64,000 nt of DNA from Candidatus Hydrogenedentota bacterium. Its GTDB lineage: Bacteria; Hydrogenedentota; Hydrogenedentia; Hydrogenedentales; JAEUWI01. The stretch spans positions 64,001-128,000 of the forward strand of contig JAXMOL010000012.1 in NCBI GenBank assembly GCA_034669905.1. Reading direction: 5' to 3'. The notes under the pieces were generated by a model. It worked only from the letters and a program-made list of their open reading frames with translations, was not told the origin of the DNA and searched no databases. Below are positions 18,800-28,511 of the stretch, piece by piece (position 1 is the first letter of the stretch; each line of letters begins with the position of its first letter). Made by a program: the position numbers and the translations under genes.

Positions 18800-19561
18800 G
18801 TGACATTGGCGAGCCCCATCGAAGAAGAACTCTGTGACTACACGGGCGAATCCCTCACGGTGGTTCGGGAACGCATGGGGGAGGGCATCCACCGTACTGC
18901 ACGGCTCTTTCTGGCCCATCCCGGAAGCATGGAAGATTTCTACCGGGAGACCGATGGTTATCTCTACGAGCTTTCCAATAATGACAACGATCCCTTTGTA
19001 AGTTATCTGGCCGCAAAGTTCGGGGCATGTATGGCGGGGCGCCACGTGCTCGACTATGGCTGTGGTATCGGGGTTATGGCCATGAAGTTTGCCGAAGCCG
19101 GGCTCAACGTGACCGCCTGCGATGTCAATGGGCCGAGTACTGGTTTTCTGAAGCACCGTGTGGCCGCACGGGGATGGGAAAGGGCGCTGCAGGTCGTCGC
19201 GCCTGCGGTAGCGCTCCAGCCGTCCCAACCCTATGATCTGGTGACCTGCTTTCATGTGTTGGAGCATGTGAGCAATCCCCGGGAGCTGTTGCAGTCGCTG
19301 GTTGCCTGTCTGAAGCCCGGTGGCCTCTTTTGTGGTGTGGCCCCCTTCGACATGATCTACGACGAGTTTCCGGAACACATCGAGGCCCATCGGGAGCTGA
19401 GACTGGATGCGCTGTGTGAGGAGGCGGGCCTCGCAGTCAAGGGGCGATTGGTACACAATACCTATCGGGACTCCGACGTGGTGTTGGTGCAGGCCGTCAA
19501 GCCAATTGGGCCCGGCCTGTCGCTGAAACAACCTGTGATGGCGCACTGCGCTTCGGTATAA
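18800..19561 (+). CDS. Class I SAM-dependent methyltransferase
   Basis: VLDYGCGIG, YDLVTCFHVLEHV, LKPGG; GTG start at 18800 after AAGGAG. Confidence 0.9.
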   Translation: MTLASPIEEELCDYTGESLTVVRERMGEGIHRTARLFLAHPGSMEDFYRETDGYLYELSNNDNDPFVSYLAAKFGACMAGRHVLDYGCGIGVMAMKFAEAGLNVTACDVNGPSTGFLKHRVAARGWERALQVVAPAVALQPSQPYDLVTCFHVLEHVSNPRELLQSLVACLKPGGLFCGVAPFDMIYDEFPEHIEAHRELRLDALCEEAGLAVKGRLVHNTYRDSDVVLVQAVKPIGPGLSLKQPVMAHCASV

Positions 19562-19650
19562 TAGGCCCGCGCAATGGGTCTGCGGTGTTGTCAAAACCCT
19601 GCATAGAGTGAATCAATGGGAGCGGCCGAGGTCGTCACGAGGTAGGTTGA

Positions 19651-21342
19651 ATGCAGGGCATGATGTCGATAGTGCAGCGTATGCTGGGTTGGACGACATC
19701 CGAACTGGAATCCCATCGTAGACTGACCCAGATTGCCCTCGCCCTGGCTGGTCTGGCCATGGTACTCCGGCTCGTATTCTGGGTCTATGCCCAGCGCTAT
19801 TGGGATGACGCCCTCATCGCCTGTTTGCATTCTGAGAATGCCGCCATGGGGCTGGGACTGACCCATGGGAGCAGCGGCGCACCCGTACACGGATTTACGA
19901 GTCCGTTGGGGGTATTGATTCCGCTTCTGGGTGATTTGATTCACGTGGGGTGGGGGATTGAGTTGCTCAAGCTGGTATCCCTACCGGCAGCGGGCCTGGG
20001 TGTTCTGATGGTCTTGGGCGTGGGCACCCACCCGAAAATACGCCTTGCTCCGCCGCTGGTGGTATTGGCCATGGGCTATGTGGCCGTGGAGCATCACCAG
20101 ATTCTATGGGGGATGGCGGGGCTGGAAACCCAATTGTCCGTTTTAGGATTGCTGGCAACCCTTTACTTTACGATTTCCCTTCGCGCGGTGCCGCTGGGGC
20201 TGGCCTTGGGGTCTTGTATGCTCGTGCGCCCGGACTTTGCCTTCCTGACGATTATTGTCGGGGCTTATGTGTTGTTGCAGTCGCCCCGGGACTTCCTTCG
20301 TGTGGCCGGTGTGGCCCTGGCCCTCTACCTGCCGTGGGTAGCATTTACAACCCTCTACTACGGATCACCCATTCCCCACACGGTGATTGCCAAGGGAATC
20401 AGCTTTGGCTGGCCCTGGCGCAGCGAAGACCCCGTGACCTTCTTCACCCTGAAACGGCATATCTGGGTGACCCTTTCTGAGCATCTTCATATTCATCTCG
20501 GGCCGGCTTTTGGCGGTCATGGTGCGGGCATTCACAAGTTCTTCACCAGCGGGCCGGAAAGCCCCATCGCCAACGGTATGTTTTTCCTGGCGGTGCTCGG
20601 TGCGCTGGTGGCCCTGGTGCGACGCCAGTGGGCCTTGTGGCCCCTCGTCGCCTTTGCCGTGGTCTATGGAATTTACTTCGTGTTTTTCGTACCGGTCCTT
20701 TACGGCTGGTATAAGGTGCCCTATACCGTGGGGCTACTGCTCCTGGCCTTGTGGGGGATGGACCAGCTGACCACGCGCATTCCCAAGCCTGCCTGGCGAA
20801 CCGGGGTGCAGGCGGCGTTTGCCACGGTTTATCTCGGGCTCTTTCTTGTCGTCTTGCCCCAGTGCTTCTACGCAGAGCGCATGATTCAGCGGCATGTCGA
20901 CAACGACGTGCGCCGCGCGGCCGGAGCCTATTTGCAGGAGCACATGGAGCCCGATGACGTGGTGGCCACAGAGGCCCTGGGCTACATTGCCTACTACAGC
21001 CGCCGTCCGGTATATGACTGGCCGGGGCTGGCGAGTTCGGAGGTGGTGGCCTGGAGTAAGCATCAGGCACCGGAAGGCCGGACGCTGGAAAACATGTGTC
21101 GCGCACTTAAGCCCGAGTTTCTGTTCCTCCGCGATTTGGAGGTGCTCTATAATTTTGAAAGTTCCGACTGGCTCGAAGAGGAATACCATGCCGTCGCGCG
21201 CTTTGAAATAGACCCGGCCGTTCGCGGGAAAATCCCCTGGGTGGAACGGAATATCGATCAGCGTTTTCGGATCTATCAACGGAAACACGCCACCGATACG
21301 GTGCCCTACGATGAATCGCTCTTTCCGAGGCGTCCTGAATGA
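19651..21342 (+). CDS. AftB-like GT-C membrane glycosyltransferase, paralogue 1
   Basis: YWDDALI...SEN...G.G...HGFTSPL, GLETQL, RPD, YYGSPIPHTVIAKG, YDWPGLAS; many TM segments. Confidence 0.7.
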   Translation: MQGMMSIVQRMLGWTTSELESHRRLTQIALALAGLAMVLRLVFWVYAQRYWDDALIACLHSENAAMGLGLTHGSSGAPVHGFTSPLGVLIPLLGDLIHVGWGIELLKLVSLPAAGLGVLMVLGVGTHPKIRLAPPLVVLAMGYVAVEHHQILWGMAGLETQLSVLGLLATLYFTISLRAVPLGLALGSCMLVRPDFAFLTIIVGAYVLLQSPRDFLRVAGVALALYLPWVAFTTLYYGSPIPHTVIAKGISFGWPWRSEDPVTFFTLKRHIWVTLSEHLHIHLGPAFGGHGAGIHKFFTSGPESPIANGMFFLAVLGALVALVRRQWALWPLVAFAVVYGIYFVFFVPVLYGWYKVPYTVGLLLLALWGMDQLTTRIPKPAWRTGVQAAFATVYLGLFLVVLPQCFYAERMIQRHVDNDVRRAAGAYLQEHMEPDDVVATEALGYIAYYSRRPVYDWPGLASSEVVAWSKHQAPEGRTLENMCRALKPEFLFLRDLEVLYNFESSDWLEEEYHAVARFEIDPAVRGKIPWVERNIDQRFRIYQRKHATDTVPYDESLFPRRPE

Positions 21343-23090
21343 AGCGCGTCGCTGACCACATAACCGACCTGCTGATTAAGGCGTGTCAACGGGGACTCTC
21401 CCTGAAGGAAATCGACCGGGCGGAGCATCGCGTTGTCGTGCAGGCGGCCTTCCTGATTGCCGGGCTTGGCATGTTGCTTCGGGCCTTTTTCTGGGCCCAT
21501 ACCCAGCGCTATTGGGAAGATGCCCTCATTACCTGTCTCCACTCGGAAAATTTCTTTCGCGGGATTGGCCTGACCCACGTGGTGAGCGCCGACGATCCGC
21601 TCCATGGCTTCACCAGTCCCCTGAGCGTGTTGGTGCCCTTGCTCGGCGACTTGTTCCACATCGGCTTTGGCGTCGAATTCTTGAAGCTGGTCTCCATCCC
21701 CGCGTCGGCCCTATCAATCATGTACCTGTTGGCCTTAGGTTTGCACCCCAAAATCCGGCTGGCTACGCCCTTACTCCTCGTGGGAATGGGGTATCTCGCC
21801 GTCGAGCATCATCAGATCCTATGGGGTATGGCGGGTATGGAAACCCAACTGGTGGTCCTCGCGCTGCTCATGTCCCTCTACTACACCGTGAGCCTCCAAT
21901 CAATCCCACTGGGCATCTCGTTGGGAATCTGCATGCTGGCCCGGCCCGACTTTGCCTTTTGGACGGTGATTGCGGGGGGCTACATGTTGTGCAATCGGCC
22001 AAAGCAATTTCTGCGGGTGGTGGCGTGTGCCCTGGCGGTCTATCTGCCCTGGATTGCCTTTACCGTCTATTACTATGGTTCGCCCATACCCCATACCATT
22101 CTTGCCAAGGGCGTGGGCTTCAGCTTGCCGTGGCTTCAGGATGAAAACCTGGGCTTCTTCTCCATCAAGCGCCATACCTGGATGACCCTTTCCGAGCAGC
22201 TTTTCATCTACCTGGGACCGGTCTTTGGGGGCCACGGCGCGGGCATCCACAAGTTCTTTACCAACGGGCCTGAGAGCCCCATCGCCAACCTTATGTTTGC
22301 CTTTTCCGCATTGGGGACCGTAGCGATCGTGATACGACGCCAATGGGCGCTTTGGCCCTTGGCCGCCTTCGTGGTGGTCTATAGTGTCTACTATGTCTAC
22401 CTGGTGCCGATTATTTACGGCTGGTACAAGGTGCCCTTTGCGGCCGCCATATTGGTTCTTGCCCTTTGGGGGGTGCAACAAGTGAGCACCCTCATTCCCA
22501 AGCCGGTGTTGCGCACTCGCTTTCTTGCGGTGGCCGGAGCGGTCTACCTGGGACTCTTCATCGTGGTCTTACCCCGATGCTTCTATGCGGAGCGCATGAT
22601 ACAACAGCACATCGAGAATGATATCCGTCGTGCCGCCGGGGAGTACCTCAATACCCATATGGACAAAGACGAGGTCGTCGGGGCGGAAGCCTTGGGCTAC
22701 CTGGCCTACTACTCCCAGCGAAAGGTCTATGACTGGCCCGGACTGGCGAGCCGGGAAGTGGTCGCCTGGAGCACCGACCAGCCCCTTGCCCGTCGTTCCC
22801 TGGAGAACATGTGTAAGGATTTGCGACCGGACTATCTTTTCTTACGGGACCTGGAAGTCCTGTATCATTTCGAATCGACCGACTGGCTGCGAGAGGGGTA
22901 TGAGGTGGTGAAGATTCTCGCCGTGGACCCGGCGATTAAGCCGGAGATTCCCTGGATAGAACGCAGTGTCGATCCGATATTCCGCATTTATAAAAGGATT
23001 CATCCCGAAGTGGGCCCCTCGCCTGCGGCCCTGGCCTTTCCGGAACGGCCCCCGGAAACGGCGGAACCCGTGACAAACGAAGAGAGCTGA
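21339..23090 (+). CDS. AftB-like GT-C membrane glycosyltransferase, paralogue 2
   Basis: Same motif set (YWEDALI, HGFTSPL, GMETQL, RPD, YYGSPIPHT, YDWPGLAS); ATGA overlap with paralogue 1. Confidence 0.7.
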   Translation: MKRVADHITDLLIKACQRGLSLKEIDRAEHRVVVQAAFLIAGLGMLLRAFFWAHTQRYWEDALITCLHSENFFRGIGLTHVVSADDPLHGFTSPLSVLVPLLGDLFHIGFGVEFLKLVSIPASALSIMYLLALGLHPKIRLATPLLLVGMGYLAVEHHQILWGMAGMETQLVVLALLMSLYYTVSLQSIPLGISLGICMLARPDFAFWTVIAGGYMLCNRPKQFLRVVACALAVYLPWIAFTVYYYGSPIPHTILAKGVGFSLPWLQDENLGFFSIKRHTWMTLSEQLFIYLGPVFGGHGAGIHKFFTNGPESPIANLMFAFSALGTVAIVIRRQWALWPLAAFVVVYSVYYVYLVPIIYGWYKVPFAAAILVLALWGVQQVSTLIPKPVLRTRFLAVAGAVYLGLFIVVLPRCFYAERMIQQHIENDIRRAAGEYLNTHMDKDEVVGAEALGYLAYYSQRKVYDWPGLASREVVAWSTDQPLARRSLENMCKDLRPDYLFLRDLEVLYHFESTDWLREGYEVVKILAVDPAIKPEIPWIERSVDPIFRIYKRIHPEVGPSPAALAFPERPPETAEPVTNEES

Positions 23091-23097
23091 ACGTACC

Positions 23098-24837
23098 ATG
23101 ATTGACTACACCATTGGCATACTCCGCAACCGCCTGAAGCTGGAAGAGGTCGACCAGGAGGAAAACCGCTTCCTCGTGAAAGCGGCCCTCATTATCGCCG
23201 CCGTCGGCATGCTCCTTCGCATCGTTTTCTGGATCTATACCCAGCGCTATTGGGAAGACGCCCTGATTACCTGTCTTCACTCCGAGAACATGGCGCGGGG
23301 CTTCGGCCTGACCCATGTGCGCCCGGGGGAACCGCCCCTCCATGGGTTTACCAGTCCCCTGAGCGTATTGGTTCCGCTCATCGGCGATCTCATCAAGGTG
23401 GGGTTTGGCGTGGAGTTCCTGAAGTTGGTCTCCATCCCGGCGAGTGCCCTGACCGTTTTCTATATGCTCGGAATCTGTATTCACAAGCAGGTGAAGCTCT
23501 CCGCGCCCCTCGCCATTATCGCCATGGGCTTTGTGGCCGTGGAGCACCACCAGATGCTTTGGGGCATGGCGGGTATGGAGACCCAACTCGCCGTCTTGAT
23601 CCTGGTCATGTCGGTCTACTACACCATGACCCTCAACGTCGTACCCCTGGGGATATCGTTGGGCCTCTGCATGCTGGCCCGACCGGACTACGCCTTTTGG
23701 ACCATCATCGTGGGAATCTATGTGTTGGCGCGCCAGCCCAAATCCTTCCTCAAGGTCGTGGGGGTTGCCGTGGCGGTTTATCTGCCCTGGATAATTTTTA
23801 CCACGGCCTATTATGGATCGCCCTTGCCCAACACCATTATGGCCAAGGGACTCGGTTATACGAAGTGGTGGGAAAAGGTCGAGGTGGTGGATCTCTTCGC
23901 CATCAAGCGGCACACCTGGCTCGTCTTGTCGGAACAACTCCACGTGCACTTGGGGCCCATGTTTGCCGGCCATGGTGCCAGTCTGCATCTATTTTTCACC
24001 AACGGACCCGAAAGCCCCATCGCGAATCTCATGTTCTTCTTCGCGGTGGTGGGCACCCTTGTGATCGCGCTTAAACGGCAGTGGGTACTATGGCCCCTCG
24101 TGGCCGTTGTGGTGGTCTATAGCGTCTATTACATCTACCTCGTTCCGGTCATCTTCGGCTGGTACAAGATGCCCTATATCGCCACCCTCCTGATCCTGTG
24201 CCTCCGCGGTATCCAGTCCATCACGTCCTGGATTCGGAGCCAGACCTGGCGCACCCGTCTGGAAACGGGCTATGCCGTGGTATACCTCGGGCTTTTCATC
24301 AGCGTATTGCCCATCAGCTTTTACACCGAGCGGATGATTCAGCATCACATCGAAAATGACGTGCGGATGGAAGCGGGCCTCTATATCAAGGCGCATATCC
24401 AGCCCGATGAAGCGGTGGGCTGTGAGCCCTTGGGCTACATGGGCTACTACTCCGGCGCCAATATCTACGACTGGCCCGGTCTCGCCAGCCGCACCGTGGT
24501 GGCCTGGAGTGAACAACAACCCCCGGAACGCCGCTCGCTGGAAAATATGTGCAAGGATTTACAGCCCGAGTACCTGTTTCTTCGCGATATGGAAGTGCTC
24601 TATCACTTTAAGTCGAACGACTGGATCAAAGAGAACTACCACGTGGTCAAGGTCTTTCAGGTGGACCCCGAGAAGGCCGATAAGATTCCCTGGCTCGACC
24701 GGAATGTGGACACGGTGTTCCGCATTTACAAGAAGAACAGCCCCGACGACGATCTGCCCTACGATGCCGATCTCTTTCCTACGAAACCGGGGGAGCCGGT
24801 GACGGATCTTCCGGCGACCTGGTCCCATAGTACCTGA
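23098..24837 (+). CDS. AftB-like GT-C membrane glycosyltransferase, paralogue 3
   Basis: Same motif set, with YYGSPLPNTIMAKG. Confidence 0.7.
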   Translation: MIDYTIGILRNRLKLEEVDQEENRFLVKAALIIAAVGMLLRIVFWIYTQRYWEDALITCLHSENMARGFGLTHVRPGEPPLHGFTSPLSVLVPLIGDLIKVGFGVEFLKLVSIPASALTVFYMLGICIHKQVKLSAPLAIIAMGFVAVEHHQMLWGMAGMETQLAVLILVMSVYYTMTLNVVPLGISLGLCMLARPDYAFWTIIVGIYVLARQPKSFLKVVGVAVAVYLPWIIFTTAYYGSPLPNTIMAKGLGYTKWWEKVEVVDLFAIKRHTWLVLSEQLHVHLGPMFAGHGASLHLFFTNGPESPIANLMFFFAVVGTLVIALKRQWVLWPLVAVVVVYSVYYIYLVPVIFGWYKMPYIATLLILCLRGIQSITSWIRSQTWRTRLETGYAVVYLGLFISVLPISFYTERMIQHHIENDVRMEAGLYIKAHIQPDEAVGCEPLGYMGYYSGANIYDWPGLASRTVVAWSEQQPPERRSLENMCKDLQPEYLFLRDMEVLYHFKSNDWIKENYHVVKVFQVDPEKADKIPWLDRNVDTVFRIYKKNSPDDDLPYDADLFPTKPGEPVTDLPATWSHST

Positions 24838-25789
24838 GGCCCAGCAGCGCCCCGGGAATGAATATTAAGACCTGGGGTACGAGGAAGAGGCGGGTCTCTG
24901 GCGCGTGGGCCAGGGCAAAGTGGACCGGGAACCACACGGGGACCACGGCCCAGAAAAAGCGGCGTAAGGTAACGGGCCAGGCCTTCCAGGAGGCCAGGGC
25001 CATAAGGGGCAGGAGACCCAGCGTGGCGAAGAGGAAGACCCACGTGCGCCACCAGGTCAGGTTGAAGGTCAGCAGGGGCAAGATGGGCTCTTTGCCCGCC
25101 GTGGGTACAATGTAGGGCCGCATGCCGTAGACGAGGCGCAGCCCGCCCACGATGGCCAGCCAGAGCAGAAGACAGCTCGCGACAATCCAAAGGATTTTCT
25201 TCGGCGGTAGCTTGAACCCAGGCTTGAGCACCACATGGCTGAAGAGCAGCATCATGGGGATGCAGCCGCTGGTCTCCCGGTTAAAGGGTGCAATGACCAT
25301 GAGGGGGAGGAGCCACAGGGGACGCTCGTAGAGAATGAGTAGCCCGGCAGCCAGGAAGATGCTCATGTCCGTATAGGTATTGAAGGTCATGTCCGTGTCG
25401 TAAAGCCCATGACACATGCCCCACGTGAGGAGTCCAATGCCCAGGAGCCCTTCGAGCGTATGGAGTCCCAGTTTCCGGTAGTACCAGACGGCCAGATTGA
25501 GGGAGACCATGCTCTGCACAAAGCGGAAGAGGATGAAGGCCATGCCAATGGGCCGTTCGATGCCCACCGCTTCAAAGAGGCGCACCAGCCCGTAGACCAT
25601 CCCCTCGGTGAAGAGCCGGTATTGCCACGGCGTCCCACTCTCACCGTTGATGACGCGTAAGGTCCGTTCCCACTGGACGGTCTCGTACCAGTCCAGCCCC
25701 ATGAAGGTAATCTGATAGTGGACGAAATACACGCTGAGGAAGAGGGTGCTGCCCAGCACAAGCAAAATTTGGCGGGAGCTATCACGCAT
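24779..25789 (-). CDS. Polytopic membrane protein, GT-C-like
   Basis: PWQYRLFT...TYTDMSIFL...FNRETS...ETRLFL; homologous pattern to 25919-26989. Overlaps the convergent paralogue-3 gene by 59 bp. Confidence 0.65.
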   Translation of the reverse strand: MRDSSRQILLVLGSTLFLSVYFVHYQITFMGLDWYETVQWERTLRVINGESGTPWQYRLFTEGMVYGLVRLFEAVGIERPIGMAFILFRFVQSMVSLNLAVWYYRKLGLHTLEGLLGIGLLTWGMCHGLYDTDMTFNTYTDMSIFLAAGLLILYERPLWLLPLMVIAPFNRETSGCIPMMLLFSHVVLKPGFKLPPKKILWIVASCLLLWLAIVGGLRLVYGMRPYIVPTAGKEPILPLLTFNLTWWRTWVFLFATLGLLPLMALASWKAWPVTLRRFFWAVVPVWFPVHFALAHAPETRLFLVPQVLIFIPGALLGLRYYGTRSPEDPSPAPPVS

Positions 25790-25825
25790 CGACGTGCCCC
25801 CCATCAGTGCCAGGGCCTATAAGAA

Positions 25826-25861
25826 CGTGCCGCGCGATCCCGAGGTACGAGGGTTCGTGCG
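25826..25861 (+). repeat. Solo copy of the MITE-internal motif CGTGCCGCGCGATC...TTCGTGCG
   Basis: 33/36 identical to the reverse complement of 28366-28401; related to the internal arms of both MITEs. Confidence 0.75.
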
Positions 25862-25918
25862 TGGGGCCGGAGGAATTCATGGCGACGACCAGGACTACTC
25901 TTCGCAATCGGAGTGATT

Positions 25919-26989
25919 TCATGCCGCCGCCTCCGATTGATCCCGCGTGCCCTGCAACGCGGACAGTCCACATAGCATCCCCGGCACAAACACCAACACC
26001 ATGGGCAACAACAGCACACGGGATTGGTCCAGCGGCGCGCAGAGGAGGTGCCCCAGGAACCAGACAGGCACCACGGCCCAGCATAAAGGCCGGAGCAGAG
26101 GATGCCATTGGCGCCAGGTGACCAGAGCGAGAAGGGGCACAAGGCCCAACGTCCCCGCGACGTGCCCCCAGGCAGCGTCACTCCCCAGGTTGTAGCGCAG
26201 CATGGATAGGCCCGGCGTGGCACCGGAGGGATGAACCGCCCAATCGCGTGGCCCGAAATAAAGATGCAAGGCAAGCTGTATCATCCCGAAGAGAACGAGG
26301 GAGGCCGCAGCTGTACGAAGCAACGCTCTTGAGCGCGGGGCGAATCCAGAGAGCGCATAGGCCCCAGCCATCAGGGGTAAGAGTAGGGCGGTCTCGCGGT
26401 TCAATGCCGCCAACACGGTGATTAGAATGAGGGCGTAATAACGCTGATGAAGGAGGGCCAGGGCCGCGAGCAGGTAGAAGAGCATATCGGTGTAGGCGTC
26501 GAAGGCCAGGGTCGAACCGTAGTTGCTCTGGGTCATGCCCCATGCCAGGGCGCTGAGTCCGATAACAATGGCGTAGGGGGTGAGCTTGAGGGCCCGGTAA
26601 TACCCATAGGCCAGCCCGAAGAGGGCGAAATTCTGCAAGAGTCGCAGGAGCACCAAGGTGACACCCACCGCGCGAGGGATGCCCACAAGTTCGCCCGTTG
26701 GGCAGTCGGCCCTTACCCAACGGCACGGGACACGAATCGCCTCGGTTACCCGACACATCGCTACCACCACATTGTCTGTCAGCACCCGAAACTGATCCGG
26801 CGCGGGTGCTTCCCCCGCCACGACCGCCTCCAGCCGGGGCATATAGTTCGCTTCCTGCCAGCCCAGTCCCTCGGTCTTTATCTGGCTGAACCCGGTGATA
26901 AGGGAGAGCAGGAGCAGGGCGATAACTATCGCACTGCCCGGGGCCATCGGGTGTTTTCGAATCCGTTCGAACACGTTGGGGTCTCTCAT
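25919..26989 (-). CDS. Polytopic membrane protein, GT-C-like
   Basis: PDQFRVLT...AYTDMLFYL...LNRETA...QSRVLL; paralogue of the downstream gene. Confidence 0.65.
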   Translation of the reverse strand: MRDPNVFERIRKHPMAPGSAIVIALLLLSLITGFSQIKTEGLGWQEANYMPRLEAVVAGEAPAPDQFRVLTDNVVVAMCRVTEAIRVPCRWVRADCPTGELVGIPRAVGVTLVLLRLLQNFALFGLAYGYYRALKLTPYAIVIGLSALAWGMTQSNYGSTLAFDAYTDMLFYLLAALALLHQRYYALILITVLAALNRETALLLPLMAGAYALSGFAPRSRALLRTAAASLVLFGMIQLALHLYFGPRDWAVHPSGATPGLSMLRYNLGSDAAWGHVAGTLGLVPLLALVTWRQWHPLLRPLCWAVVPVWFLGHLLCAPLDQSRVLLLPMVLVFVPGMLCGLSALQGTRDQSEAAA

Positions 26990-27311
26990 CTGCAAGTTGG
27001 GCCTATCCTAGCACGGGCAGGGGGAGGGGATCCCCCCCAGGGACGTTCTGCCGCAGGGGGATGTGCATAGGGTGATTGTCTTTGAGAAAACCGCACCATG
27101 TAGTTCGGTGGGTTGTGTATAACGCGGCAGCATGTCCCGGTGGCGCAGGGGGAGCTTATGGGTGCAGCGTGCAGATGGCGTCGCGTTGTCGTCCTTTTCC
27201 CACCGGGACAGGAACGCGCCTTGGTGTGGGCGGGTTTACCGTGGCGTGGACGTGATGGCACCGTCATCGTGCGGGTAATTTGACGGGCCCCGTGCGCGAT
27301 ACCGTCCCGGT

Positions 27312-27731
27312 CTACGGTAAGAACCGCGCTTTTTCTTCCGGTGTGGGGAGACGGCAGGTTTCCCTTTGGCCGAAGACGCGGTACCGGTAGCGGGCGACGA
27401 GGCGGTAGACGGGGTCGCGGAGGAATCGCGGGACGAAGCGGGCGAGGCTTAGAAGCCACCAGATGCCACCGAGGCGTTGACACACGGCCAGGGCCGCGTC
27501 GGAGCGGAGTTGGGCACCGTCTTCATCGTAATAGACGAAAGACCAGGTGCGGGCGTCGTCTCCCAGGGGGGGGAGGAGATCCCGCGCCGTTTCGCCCTGA
27601 AGAGACGCAAAGCGGAACTGCTTGTCGCGGTCGAGGCGGAGTAGCAAGTCGACCACGCCATTGCATAGATTGCAGACCCCATCAAAAAAGATGATGGGAT
27701 GGGACTCGGTGGTGTCATCCGACATGGGCAT
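27312..27731 (-). CDS. DCC1-like thiol-disulfide oxidoreductase
   Basis: IIFFDGVCNLCNG, FASLQG, RDPVYRLVARYRYRVFG...C. Confidence 0.92.
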   Translation of the reverse strand: MPMSDDTTESHPIIFFDGVCNLCNGVVDLLLRLDRDKQFRFASLQGETARDLLPPLGDDARTWSFVYYDEDGAQLRSDAALAVCQRLGGIWWLLSLARFVPRFLRDPVYRLVARYRYRVFGQRETCRLPTPEEKARFLP

Positions 27732-27818
27732 AGGCTCTTAAGGGCACACTCATGGCCTTGACTCTACCAGAGCGTGGGCTCTGCTACAATAACGGCCCAC
27801 GTACTAAAGGAATAGATT

Positions 27819-28181
27819 ATGCCCAAATATGGCGTTACGCCCCAGAAAGAAGCCGAACTCCTCCGCCGCATGGCGGCCTGTGCGCTCCGCGAGGAAGACC
27901 TGGAAGAGTCCTTCATCCGGGGCAGCGGTTCGGGCGGACAGAAGATTAATAAGACCGCCTCCTGTGTGCAGTTGCTTCATCGCCCCTCAGGACTGGAAGT
28001 GAAGGTGCAAGAGGCCCGCTCCCAGGCGCTCAACCGTTTTTTCGCCCGCCGCCGTCTCTGCGAACTGGTGGAGGAAAAGACGCTGGGGAAGAAAAGTCCG
28101 GAGGCCCTGCGGCAGGAAAAGATCCGGAAACAAAAGAAACGTCGTAAGCGGCGGACCCAGGCAGAGAAGCCCGCAGAATGA
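27819..28181 (+). CDS. GGQ release-factor-like peptidyl-tRNA hydrolase (ArfB/C12orf65-like ribosome rescue factor)
   Basis: EESFIRGSGSGGQKINKT...RSQALNR plus a basic tail KIRKQKKRRKRR; 120 aa with no codon-recognition domain. Confidence 0.88.
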   Translation: MPKYGVTPQKEAELLRRMAACALREEDLEESFIRGSGSGGQKINKTASCVQLLHRPSGLEVKVQEARSQALNRFFARRRLCELVEEKTLGKKSPEALRQEKIRKQKKRRKRRTQAEKPAE

Positions 28182-28365
28182 CCGGACGCCTCGAAACGAG
28201 GTCCCAGGCAAACAACGGGGTAAAGCGAGGTGCCCCGGATCATGCTGTCACCCCATCCCACGCGACTGCCGGTCGGGGCGCAGCGTCGCCGGGGAGCGTT
28301 CGTGCGTGAATCATCGCGGCGAATATGCAACAAATTCTGGCAAGGACCATTGCGACCACCCCAAG

Positions 28366-28456
28366 CGCACGAGCCCGCGTAGCTCGGGATCGCGCGGCAC
28401 GTTTTTTGTCAAAGGTTACGAGCAAAATAAACACCTTCCCATTTTTCCCATGAACC
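28366..28456. repeat. Degenerate MITE right arm (internal motif plus CCCATGAACC terminus)
   Basis: CGCACGA...GGATCGCGCGGCACG at 28366-28401 and CCCATGAACC at 28447-28456, in the same order as in the full MITEs. Confidence 0.6.
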
Positions 28457-28457
28457 G

Positions 28458-28491
28458 AAAAAACGCCGCAGCCCGAAGGCCACGGCGTTTT
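28458..28491. terminator. Bidirectional-type intrinsic terminator
   Basis: AAAAAACGCCG...CGGCGTTTT between convergent genes. Confidence 0.7.
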
Positions 28492-28511
28492 CGATAGAAA
28501 CAGGATAGGGA

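Noticed and set aside
18432..24837. Sigma28-driven operon running from the YjfB-like gene through the methyltransferase and GT-C triplet (flagellar glycosylation)
   Set aside because: A strong terminator hairpin at 18726-18761 separates the small gene from the downstream genes.
27133..27210. 11-bp inverted repeat TGTCCCGGTGG/CCACCGGGACA in an intergenic region
   Set aside because: Single occurrence with no other supporting structure; plausible by chance in GC-rich DNA.
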